Assembly: GCA_963793625.1 (NCBI GenBank)
Contig: CAWCAT010000009.1
Span: 5,897-69,896 of the forward strand
From: Bryobacteraceae bacterium
Lineage (GTDB): Bacteria > Acidobacteriota > Terriglobia > Bryobacterales > Bryobacteraceae
Length of the DNA: 64,000 nucleotides
Direction: 5' to 3'
Each line of letters begins with the position of its first letter. The stretch's first letter is position 1. This document shows, in pieces, positions 27,281 to 37,088 of this stretch. Below the pieces are notes generated by a model that was not told the origin of the DNA, did no database searches, and saw only the letters and a list, made by a program, of their open reading frames with translations. The translations under genes and the position numbers were made by a program.

Positions 27281-28202
27281 TGGACGCGAACCATTTCCCT
27301 TCTACTGACGCTGGCGATGCTGACGGTCATCAGCCGCCGAGACCCGACCAAGCCCGCAACAAGTGGCGTGGCACGACATGGAAATCGGGATCATGATCCA
27401 CTATGGACTGTTGACCTTCAGTCCGAATAGCAAGCAGGGTGACGGTACACTCGACCCCAAGCTGTTCAACCCGACCCAGCTCGATGCCGAGCAATGGGTG
27501 CTGGCCGGAAAGAGCGTTGGGGCGAAGTACCTTGTGCTGGTTGTGAAGCACCACGACGGCTTCTGTCTCTTCCCGAGCCGGATGACCAAGTACAGCGTCG
27601 AAAGCAGCCCGTGGAAGAACGGCAAAGGTGATTTGGTGGCGGAAGTGGAAAAGGCCTGTCGGAAGCACGGGCTCAAGTTTGGCGTGTACATGTCACCTCA
27701 TGACGCCCACGAGCCCAAGTACAAAGAGAGTCCCGCCGCTTACGACGAGTTCTTCTATTGGCAAATTCGGGAACTCGCCTCGCGCTATGGGGAACTTGCC
27801 GAATTCTGGCTCGATGGCTGGGGCTCCGTGAACCGGAAGTACAACTGGGAATGGTACATCCAGGGACTCCGCAAGCAGCAGCCGAACACCCTCGTATTTG
27901 CGCCGCTACGGGATAAGCGCTGGTTCTGGCGACCGGATGAGGAAAGCCGCATTCTGCCGCTCGCGAGCCTGCTGGACATGTACCACACGTCTGTGGGCCG
28001 CGGCTGTCAGTTGATGCTCGGCGTTGTCGCCGACCAACGCGGTCTGGTTCCCGAACCGGACGTTGCACGTTTGAAAGAGTTCGGCCAGGCTGTACGCAAA
28101 ATCTACTCCGATAATCTCGCGCGAAGCGGCCAGCACCGCTCCGATGCCGGGGGGCGTGTGGATCTCGCGTTCGACGGCGACCCGGACACGTTCTGGTCCG
28201 CA
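27281..28202 (+). pseudogene. GH29 alpha-L-fucosidase, frame break after the signal peptide and 3'-truncated
   Basis: A signal-like RTISLLLTLAMLTVIS in one frame starts immediately after the IS end. The catalytic domain is in another frame: AWHDMEIGIMIHYGLLTF...AKYLVLVVKHHDGFCLFPS...FGVYMSPHD...LAEFWLDGWG... Homology stops at ...DLAFDGDPDTFWSA (about 28202). There it runs into the 3' end of the convergent gene. Confidence 0.65.
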
Positions 28203-28211
28203 ATGGCGCTT

Positions 28212-29414
28212 CAAAATAGCTACTTCCCGGGCGGGGAAGCGCTTCCGCGGGTAACGTCCAAAGGTCCGGCATGTTCTGTCCGGAATTGAAGGAATACCGG
28301 TACGCGTAGCCCGAGTACCAGGTGCTGCGCGACGCCTCCGTGCTCATGTAGGGCAGGTACGTAAACGCCCCCAGATCCGGGTTTACGCCAGTTTTGCGTG
28401 TCAAACCCCAGAAATCATTGACGGGAGATAGCTCGTTCTTGCCGGCGCCGATCGCGGGACTGCCGGGCATCAGATAGTAGGCGCCACGTACCGTATAAAC
28501 GAACTGCGGGTCGCCGGTGATATTGCTGTCGCCGCCCACTCCGCAGGCCGGTTGACAGAGGTTATAGGCGAACCAGACGTCCTTGCTCGCGGCGTTCATA
28601 ACGATTGGCGCCGCCGAGGCAGCGTGATGATGTTGCTCGTCACCACTTCAGTGATCCGCGTTGGAAAGGCTGATACCGCCGCCGACATTGTCAGCAAACG
28701 TATTGTTAGCTACCAGGTTAAGCCGCCGCTTTTCGGACTCTGCAGGATCATTCCCGCTTTGCGCGCCTGTCCGTAACCACATTGTTCATGATGTAGCCGT
28801 TGCTGGCTGATGGATATACCTGCATCCCGTAGCCCGCGTTGTGGCGCACAATGTTGTCGCGAATTATGATACCTATCGCCATCGGCATAGATCCCATGGT
28901 GGAATTGAGGATTCTGTCCATTGAACTCGATCAGGTTTCGTTCAATCGTCCAGCCCTTCTTGCCGTGCGCCGACTACGCCCATCGATCCACTGCCGTGGA
29001 CATAACAATTGCGGACGACGCCGTAATCGCCCTGCATCTTGATGCCGTCATCATTCGCGCCTGATACTTCGAGACCATCAAAGATGACCCAATTCGTGTT
29101 GTCGGCCGTGTAAACGCCGTGGGTATTCGAGCCGACGACGATCGCCTTCCACTTCACCTCGGATTTGATAATCGGTGGGCGAGTCGGGCCGGCCGGAATA
29201 CGCTTTGGTAATGGCTATGGGGCCGGGATAGATTCCCGCTTTCAGCACGAAAGTATTTCCTCCGCCGACTTTGTCGAGCGCGTACTGGACGGACGGCCAT
29301 GGCCGCTCGCTGGTGCCATCGTTATCGACGCTTCCTTTCGGTGATACATAGAAAGTGGCTCCGAAACGACGGAGCGATCAAGAGACAGGCTGCGATGAGA
29401 CTTTTTATGAGCAT
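28212..29414 (-). pseudogene. exported right-handed beta-helix (pectate-lyase-fold) protein, multiply frameshifted and 3'-truncated
   Basis: Signal peptide MLIKSLIAACLLIAPSF (ATG 29414). Beta-helix repeats follow in ORF 28942-29157 (VVGSNTHGVYTADNTNWVIFDGLEVSGANDDGIKMQGDYGVVRNCYVHGSG). The C-terminal part is in ORF 27673-28599 (...GDSNITGDPQFVY...YYLMPGSPAIGAG...). The pieces lie in different frames and the natural stop appears to be lost. Confidence 0.5.
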
Positions 29415-29613
29415 ACCAGCCAAACAGTAGTATGCCTGTGGCAAAAGATCAATCCGGAATTGAGCATTCCGGACCGTCTCATCCCAAATGCTGAACGCTG
29501 CCATGGTGGGAGCTTCCGCCGTTCAGCCATTTGGACGGCAGGCCAGCTCTCGCTTGTTTGTGCTGGTAAAGTAGAGCTACTTGCGATTAATCTTGAAAGC
29601 TCAGGAGTTCAGA

Positions 29614-32600
29614 ATGAGCCTACGTTTCAGTAACGTTTTAGCCATCGCCGCTCTCGCGGCGTTGTGCACGACAGCCGCTTTCGCTCAATCGTAGCACCGG
29701 TAGCATTAGCGGCGCCGTGCGCGATCAAAGCAATGCTGTGATTCCGAGCGCAGCAATCGAATTGTTAAACACGGCCACGAATATCAGCTCCAAGACCGTG
29801 AGTAATGAGACGGGATATTTCAGCTTCCGCGGGGTCATTCCCGGGCAGTATCAACTGGGAGTGGAAGCGCCGGGGATGCAGAAGTATCAAGTCGCGCTAA
29901 CTGTCCAAGTGCAGCAGAGCATCGTATCTGGACCCCGTATTAAAGACCGGACAAGCTCGCAACATCTGTCATGGTGCAGGACGTCACCCCGATGATCAGC
30001 ACAGATAGCCCGACCCTGGGGCATGTGCTGGAACGGCAGAGGATCGATACGCTGCCGATCAATGGCCGCGACTTCGAGAAACTGTTCCAGACGGTGCCGG
30101 GCATGGAAGGCCAACGCGCCTACGGTATGCGCGAAGGTTCCATCGATATCACCCTCGACGGTGCCCCGATTGAAGATCGTGTGCGGGGGCGTTCACAATT
30201 GCGTCCGCCCTCACTTGAGACGCTTCAGGAGTTCAAGGTCGAAAACAATTCATCCTCGGCCAAATTCACTCGGCCTGTGACGGTGATTCTCTCGAGCCGC
30301 GGCGGAACCAACCAGTTCCACGGATCCTTGTTCGAAACCGCTCGAAATAACTCCGTGGGAAAAGCGCGCTCGCGCCAGGACGGCAATTCGGCTCCGCCGC
30401 AGCTGATTCGCAACGAGTTTGGAGGGAGCGCCGGCGGTCCGGTTATCCTGCCCAAGATTTATAATGGGCAGAATCGGACGTTCTGGTTCTACGCATTTGA
30501 AGGCTCCCGTCGAATGAACTCGCGCACGTATAGCGCTTCCATTCCGACGGATGCAATGTGGAATGGCGATTTCAGCGCTCTCCGTGACGCATCCAACCGC
30601 GTGATCACGCTGTACGACCCCTGGAGCACGGATTCGAAGACGTTTGCGCGCCAGCCTTTCGCATATGGCGGCAAGGCAAATGTGATCGACCCCAAACTTG
30701 TCAGTCCGTTTGGGAAATACCTGTCCGGCATCACTCAGCGCCCGACGGTAGCTGATGTCAACCCGCTGGTGGATGTGAACTGGTGGGGTCTGTCACCGGC
30801 TTACACGCGCAGTTACACCACCTCCTTCCGTTTTGATCACCGCTTCACGGACAAGGATTCCTTCTACGCACGCTACAGCCGGTCCAAATACACCGACTAC
30901 GATGCCTCCGTAAACGGACTGCCGATCCCGGATGGTTCGAGTAACGGTACTTTCACGACTTCCCCCAACCAGTCGCTCGCTATGTCGTGGGTGCGCACAA
31001 TCTCGCCCACACTGTTCAACGAAATGCTGGTGAGCGCCTCCCGGGAAACCTATTATGCGGGCAACAAGCTCGAGAAAGACTTTGCTTCGGAGATGGGACT
31101 GCCAAATCCGTTCGACGGCCGCGGATTCCCGGTCATCAACACCGTCAAATTCGGCTCTCTGAAGTATCAACCGCAGAACATGAACGGGTCCTGGAGCACG
31201 TTCTACATGGTGGACGACAACTTCACCAAGATCGTGGGCAAGCACGAAATCCAGTTTGGCGGACACTTCCGCATGGATTACGTCAACCTGCTGCCCGATC
31301 AGCAGACGACATCCGGGTCGGTTTCGCCATCGATCAACGGGACCGCTCTTTGGGATCCGAAGGGGACCCTTGCGAGCCCGCTCGCTGTCGCAAACACCGG
31401 CAACACTTTCGCCAGTATGATTCTCGGCCAGAACTCGTATTTGACGCGGCTGAATCACGGCATGTTCTACGGCCGTACCAAAGAGATCGCAGCTTATGTG
31501 CAGGATAACTGGAGAGTCACCCAGCGCCTGACGATTAATCTGGGACTGCGGTGGGAAGCCTGGCCGGCTTACAGCGAGAAGTACGGAAACATCGGAAGTT
31601 TCGATCTGGCAAGCAAGTCAGTGGTGTTGACGCAGCCGCTGGAAGACCTTTATAAATTGCGCGCAGGCATACCCCGGCATCGTCAACCGGATGCAGGAAC
31701 TGGGTGTGAAGTTCGTCACTTACGACAAGGTGGGATTGCCGAAGCAGTTGATGCATGGCAATTACAAGGACTTCGGTCCACGGCTCGGGTTCGCCTATAA
31801 AGCGGGCTCTTCGAACCGGCCGCTTGTGGTGAGGGGCGGATTCCGTATGTCGTACTTCCCCATTCCGATGCGCCCGTGGAGCGAATACAACCGAAGCAGT
31901 ATTCCGTTCACGGCGTTCCCGTCGCTTAACCTCGATGACGCCAGCATGTCGCCCGATGGGTACTCGAACTGGACTCTGCGCAATGTGCCAAAACTCGTCA
32001 CCGGTGTGAACACCAGGAACATCATTGACCCATCCAGTTCGGTCGCTGGAATTGCGCGCGGAAACAATATGAACGCGCACTTCATCGACCCGAATGCGCC
32101 GGACACCCGCGTGAGTGACTGGAACGTTACGTTTGAGAAAGAGCTGTTGCCCAACATCGTCGCCAAAGCAGGCTATATCGGCAATCATGTCGATCACCTC
32201 GACGAGTTCTACAACATGAATCAACCGCCGAACAGCTATGTGTGGAACGCCACGACCGGATTGCCAACTCCATCCGGTGAGTACGCCAACCTCGCGATGC
32301 GCCCGCTCGACAATACGGTCTACAACAACATTCTGCAGTACGGCAAATGGGGTTGGTCCAATTCGAATGGCGTCCAGCTGGAAGTGGAGAAGCGCTACAG
32401 CCGCGGCTATTCGTTCCAAATGTTCTACGTAATGATGAACGCGTTCACTGCCGGTGGTCGCGGCTACAGCACCATGATCCAGCCGGCTGAGGACTACATG
32501 CCCGGGACCGTTCCGCAGGATTTCAACGAGCGCAATCGCTTTATCAATTACCAGCGCGACACCACTATTCCGAAGCATCGTCTACGCTGGAACTGGCTAG

Positions 32601-33283
32601 CCGATGTGCCGATCGGTAAAGGCAAGCTTCTCGGTAGGAACGCAGGCCCTGTCCTGAACCGCATCATTGGCGGCTGGCAGGTCGCAGGCATGGGTTCCAT
32701 CAGCAGCACCTATATCTCGCTTCCGACGAACCTGTACCCAACCGGCGCGCCGGTTGAAAACTACGGTTACAAGTACAAAGTGCAGGATTGCCGTAGCGGC
32801 AAGTGTACCGATGGTTACCTGTGGTGGAACACGTACATCCAGGCCAACCAGATTAATAGCTACGATGCGAATGGCCAGCCGAACGGCATCATGGGCGTCC
32901 CGGACAACTACAAACCGGCCGGACAGCCTCTGATCCCCTGGCCGAAGGACCCGCAGAGGACTGACGCGAACTACGCCTATTACGGCACCAATACTGTCTG
33001 GCTCCCGATGAAGAATGGTTCGACTTTGCGCACCACCTTCGATCCAGGCGATTACCCGTGGCGTAACCAGTATATTCCGGGTGTCAGAAACTTCGGGCTC
33101 GATGCGTCACTATTCAAGACGATCCCGATCAAAGAGCGGATGATGTTGCGCTTTAATGCCGACTTCTTCAACGTGCTGAATCACCCGGGGAATCCTCAGG
33201 CTAATTCGAACGGACTAGTGCTGACCCGCACGTCGGGCAACACGTCCCGTGAACTGCAACTGTCGCTCCGCCTCACCTGGTAG
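29614..33283 (+). pseudogene. TonB-dependent receptor with CarboxypepD_reg N-terminal domain, about four frame breaks
   Basis: The receptor reads in five pieces. Signal peptide: MSLRFSNVLAIAALAALCTTAAFAQS. Regulatory domain: STGSISGAVRDQSNAVIPSAAIELLNTATN...GYFSFRGVIPGQYQLGVEAPGM... Linker: LDPVLKTGQ. Plug and barrel: ...MVQDVTPMISTDSPTLGHVLERQRIDTLPINGRDF... C-terminal barrel: ...ending RELQLSLRLTW*. Breaks lie near 29687, 29925, 29955 and 31690. Confidence 0.8.
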
Positions 33284-33294
33284 GCGACCGTTGC

Positions 33295-33320
33295 GCGAGG
33301 GTGGGCGCAACCGCCCTCGC
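33295..33320 (+). terminator. GC-rich hairpin downstream of the TBDR gene
   Basis: gcgagggtgg / gcgcaa / ccgccctcgc: a 10-bp stem with one G-T pair, located 12 nt after the stop. There is no U-tract, so intrinsic-terminator function is uncertain. Confidence 0.35.
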
Positions 33321-33342
33321 AAGTCCTTTGTAAGAGATAAAC

Positions 33343-34296
33343 ATGAAAAACGGTAAGTTCAAGATCAATGGAATTGTGCCTATCATTCCAACGCCATTCG
33401 ACTCAAATGACGTGGTTGATTGGGCGGCTCTTTCGACACTGATCGATTTCGCCCATGCAGCGGGTGCCTGCGCCGTCTGTCTTCCCGCCTATGCAAGCGA
33501 GTTTTATAAACTTTCCCCCGCGGAACACGAAAGCATCATCGAGACTGCGATTCTAGCCTCAGCCGGCCGCATTCCGGTTATTGCGCAGGTCAACACTCCT
33601 TCACTGCGGCGCGCCTGTTCAGTGGCGGTGCTGGCCGAAAACCTCGGCGCTAACGCCGTTAATGTGGCGGTGCCGCGATTGTTCGCAGTCGGAGAAGCGA
33701 GCCTGTTCCGATACTTCGATACAATCCTCCAACGGATTAGTCTTCCGGTCGTGATCCAGGACTTCAACCCCGGCGGGGCTTCGCTCAGCGTAGATTTTAT
33801 AAGACGTCTACATGAAGCTCATCCCCACTTCGGTTACGTGAAGCTGGAAGAGCCGATGATGAGCGGCAAGGTTCACGCGATCCTGGATGCCACTTCCGGG
33901 GAAGTCGGTGTCATCGAGGGCTGGGGCGGCATGTACCTTCCTGAGCTTGTGCCGGCTGGAATTTGCGGGGTGATGCCTGGCCTGGCAGTCTCGGACATTC
34001 TGGTAGAGGTTTGGAATCTGACCGCGGCCGGCGAGCGGGATAGCGCGTTCGATATCTTTTCCGAGATCCTGCCGCAAATCGTTTACAGTCTGCAGAACAT
34101 GGAGTTCTTTCATCACGCGGAGAAGCGTTTGCTCTGCGCGCGGGGAATCATTTCCAGCGACATCGTGCGCGATGCTACGGTAGTGCTGCGGGAAGACGAG
34201 CTAAACCACGTGGATTTCCTGAACTCGAGGATTCTGCGTTTGCTGGACCAGCTCGAGATGGCTCGGAATCCAGTAGCTGTTAAGCAATACGTGTAA
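33343..34296 (+). CDS. DapA/N-acetylneuraminate-lyase-family class I aldolase
   Basis: ...GIVPIIPTPFDSNDVVDWAAL..., ...AVCLPAYASEFYKLS..., ...IPVIAQVN..., ...LPVVIQDFNP..., ...GYVKLEE... This is the DHDPS-family layout, including a Schiff-base lysine context. The 317-aa ORF is intact. Confidence 0.8.
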   Translation: MKNGKFKINGIVPIIPTPFDSNDVVDWAALSTLIDFAHAAGACAVCLPAYASEFYKLSPAEHESIIETAILASAGRIPVIAQVNTPSLRRACSVAVLAENLGANAVNVAVPRLFAVGEASLFRYFDTILQRISLPVVIQDFNPGGASLSVDFIRRLHEAHPHFGYVKLEEPMMSGKVHAILDATSGEVGVIEGWGGMYLPELVPAGICGVMPGLAVSDILVEVWNLTAAGERDSAFDIFSEILPQIVYSLQNMEFFHHAEKRLLCARGIISSDIVRDATVVLREDELNHVDFLNSRILRLLDQLEMARNPVAVKQYV

Positions 34297-34299
34297 TTA

Positions 34300-34331
34300 G
34301 ATTGGGGCAGGTCTTCCGATCTGCCCCAATC
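34300..34331. terminator. perfect 11-bp-stem hairpin between convergent genes
   Basis: gattggggcag / gtcttccgat / ctgccccaatc sits exactly between the stop codons at 34296 (+) and 34335 (-). Confidence 0.45.
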
Positions 34332-34334
34332 TCC

Positions 34335-35321
34335 TTACCGGGCGTACTTTTTGGCCAGTGCCCGGATGTCATAAGTGAATCGAAGAAAATCCCGCTCCCA
34401 ACGTTTGGCTTCCGCTTCCGTGTACTTGTAGAACCCCTTCGCATTCGAGACACCCCTCGCTCCGGAACTCACAACTTCTTGCATCAGGCGCGGAACCTCT
34501 GTGCTGGTGTCCAGGTCCTTTAGTAAATCGCGCATCACAGCGCCGTAGGCGGGTATTCCGGTCAGGTCCATGAAGCGGAACGGGCCGGCGAAGGTGATCC
34601 AGTAGCCAAGGTCGTTACGAACCGAGCGGTCCACATCCTCTGGGGTCGCGACCCCGCTTTCGACCAGGTGGAACGCCTCGCGCAGCATGGCGTACATGAT
34701 GCGGTTCGTCACGAAGCCACGGATATCCTTGCGAAGGAGCGTGGGTTCCTTTCCCCATTTCTCGGCCCACCCCCGCACCTGGAGCGCGTAGGCGGGCTTC
34801 GTCTCGTCCCCGCAGACGATCTCAAGAAAGCGGGTGACATGGGCCGGTTCCGCCCAGTGCAGGCCGATGAATCGCTCGGGATGGACGCGGCCGGATTGCA
34901 GCAGGGTGACCGGCATGCCCGAGGTGTTGCTGCCAATTATCGTGTCCTTCGCGACCACTTCTTCAAGACGCGCGAAAACGACGCGTTTGGCCTCAATGTC
35001 CTCGACCACGGATTCGACGACGAGCCGCGTGCCTGCGAGTGCGGCGTAGTCCGTTGTAACGGTCAAATTAGCCAGCAGAGTATCAGGATCCGCCGTTAGC
35101 AGTTGCTGCTTGCGCATTTCGACGAGCAGTTTGCGCAGATGCCTGCGCGTGGTCGTGATCTTTTTGGGATCACTGGTGATCGCGGTGAGGGGATGTCCCG
35201 CGGCGAGCAGACACGCCGCGATGCTGCGGCCCATCAGCCCCATTCCGATAACAGCAACGGGAACTTCAGATGTCTTGAGCGGGCGCTTCTTGCGGGACAG
35301 CGCGGAGTTTTCGTTCTTCAT
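34335..35321 (-). CDS. 3-hydroxyacyl-CoA dehydrogenase-family NAD-binding protein
   Basis: Rossmann motif VAVIGMGLMGRSIAACL, then ...IIGSNTSGMPV...FIGLHWAEPAHVTRFLEIV... and the C-terminal dimerisation domain. ATG 35321 (MKNENS...) is preferred over the upstream ATG at 35366. Confidence 0.75.
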   Translation of the reverse strand: MKNENSALSRKKRPLKTSEVPVAVIGMGLMGRSIAACLLAAGHPLTAITSDPKKITTTRRHLRKLLVEMRKQQLLTADPDTLLANLTVTTDYAALAGTRLVVESVVEDIEAKRVVFARLEEVVAKDTIIGSNTSGMPVTLLQSGRVHPERFIGLHWAEPAHVTRFLEIVCGDETKPAYALQVRGWAEKWGKEPTLLRKDIRGFVTNRIMYAMLREAFHLVESGVATPEDVDRSVRNDLGYWITFAGPFRFMDLTGIPAYGAVMRDLLKDLDTSTEVPRLMQEVVSSGARGVSNAKGFYKYTEAEAKRWERDFLRFTYDIRALAKKYAR

Positions 35322-36204
35322 AAATAGTGACCAGGAAGGTGCTGGCGAACACGAGCACGGCGCCACAGATCAACTGCCATGTGACGTGCTCGTTCAGGGT
35401 GATGGAGGAGATGATGACTCCGAATACAGGCAGAAGGTAGATCGAGAGCGAGGCTTGCGTCACATCGATTTTGTCGATCACCCAGAGGAACAAAACCATC
35501 GAGAGGCTCAGGCTGAAAATTGCGATTGCGAGTATGCTGCTCCACGAGCGCCAGTCCAGACGAAGCAATGTGGCAATCGACGGATGCTCAGCCGCGATCG
35601 CCATCGGAGCCAGAATGACAGCAGCAGCCGCGAAACTGTAGGCCAGAACCTGAATCGGGCCGAATCGCTCCAGCAGTTTCTTGCTATAGGTGTTGTAGAA
35701 AGCGCTGCCGCAGCAGCCCGCGAAAATCAAGAAGTTGCCGAAGGCGTAGCGGTTGTGGAACAGATTCAGCGAATTCCAGTCCAGGTCGGAGACAATCGCC
35801 ACGCCGGCAAGCGCCAGCACGAACGAAATCCAGCGGTGCAGCGTCATTCGCTCTGACAGGATTAAGGCGGCGAAAATTGCCGTCAGCACTGGAATGGTAA
35901 GGTTCAGGACCGCGGCGCTCGAAGCCAGGGAGCGCTCGACGCCCCACGTCATGCCCGCTTGCGAGACAACCGCGCCGGCTCCCAGCAATCCGATTCGCAG
36001 CAGCCATGCGGGAGTTATTCCGCTCCCGCGAGACTTCTCCATAACGGCCAGCGGTGCGAGCATCACCACTGATACAACGAGGGTGATGAGCACGACCGTG
36101 AGCGGTCCCAGTATTTCCGTGGCGAATTTCACGCCCGAAAACTGCAGAGCCCACATCAGATTTACGACAACAAGCACAAGAAAAAAGCGCACCGGCGGTA
36201 CCAC
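35266..36204 (-). CDS. DMT-superfamily (EamA-like) transporter
   Basis: 312-aa ORF with about 10 hydrophobic helices arranged as two EamA-like halves. It is co-directional with the dehydrogenase gene and slightly overlaps it. Confidence 0.8.
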   Translation of the reverse strand: MVPPVRFFLVLVVVNLMWALQFSGVKFATEILGPLTVVLITLVVSVVMLAPLAVMEKSRGSGITPAWLLRIGLLGAGAVVSQAGMTWGVERSLASSAAVLNLTIPVLTAIFAALILSERMTLHRWISFVLALAGVAIVSDLDWNSLNLFHNRYAFGNFLIFAGCCGSAFYNTYSKKLLERFGPIQVLAYSFAAAAVILAPMAIAAEHPSIATLLRLDWRSWSSILAIAIFSLSLSMVLFLWVIDKIDVTQASLSIYLLPVFGVIISSITLNEHVTWQLICGAVLVFASTFLVTIYEERKLRAVPQEAPAQDI

Positions 36205-36305
36205 CTTGCCTTAGGTCTACTTTATTGTACGAATGCCATTGGAGGCACAGACGCGTTTCTGGTACAATCAACCTCCGGCTGTCCGAATAGTCGGATGGAT
36301 TCGAT

Positions 36306-37088
36306 GTGCAAGAAGATTTGAAAACCAGGTCGGTCCCTGCACTGGAACGGGCATTCAGCGCCTTGGAGTTGCTCGCCGCCTCGAAGTCCGGACTCAGCCT
36401 CCCCGAATTGAGCCGGCAGCTCGAGCTTCCCAAAAGTTCCATGCATTCCCTGCTGTTAACGATGGAGCGCAGAGGCTATCTCCACCGCAACCTCAAAACG
36501 AACCGATATCTATTCGGGCTCAAGCTGTTCAGTCTGGCGAATATGGCCCTTGCCGGTCTCGAACTCCGAGAGAAGGCGGCCCCGTTTTTGCGTGCGCTCT
36601 CTGGACGCACTCGGCTCACAGTTCATCTCGCTATGCTCGATCGCAACGAGGCGGTCCTGATCGAAAAGATGGAACCTCCTGCAGTGTACAAGCTGGCTAC
36701 CTGGCTTGGAAAGCGCATGGATGTGCACTGCACTGCAGTTGGCAAGGCCATGATCGCTTACCTCGAGGAACCGGAACTCGATGAGCTGATTCGAACCCGC
36801 GGGTTGCCGCGGCATAACGACAACACAATCGCGACGTCCAAGCGGCTGAAGGAAGACCTGGCAAAGACCCGGCGGCTCGGCTACTCGCTGGACGACGAGG
36901 AGGATGAGGTCGGTTATCGTTGCATTGGCGCTCCGATCTTTGATTCGACAAGTCGCGTGATCGCCGGTATCAGCGTCTCCGCCTCCACTTCGCACATGGA
37001 TTCCGTAAACCCGGCCATCATCGCGGACCAGGTTAAGCAGTGCGCCGTATCAATCTCGGCCATTCTGGGGTACGAGGCTCCTTTGTGA
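36306..37088 (+). CDS. IclR-family transcriptional regulator
   Basis: Winged-helix N-terminus (VPALERAFSALELLAASKSGLSLPELSRQLELPKSSMHSLLLTMERRGYL) and an IclR effector domain (...GKAMIAYL...RGYSLDDEEDEVGYRCIGAPIFD...). It is divergent from the transporter operon. Confidence 0.85.
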   Translation: MQEDLKTRSVPALERAFSALELLAASKSGLSLPELSRQLELPKSSMHSLLLTMERRGYLHRNLKTNRYLFGLKLFSLANMALAGLELREKAAPFLRALSGRTRLTVHLAMLDRNEAVLIEKMEPPAVYKLATWLGKRMDVHCTAVGKAMIAYLEEPELDELIRTRGLPRHNDNTIATSKRLKEDLAKTRRLGYSLDDEEDEVGYRCIGAPIFDSTSRVIAGISVSASTSHMDSVNPAIIADQVKQCAVSISAILGYEAPL

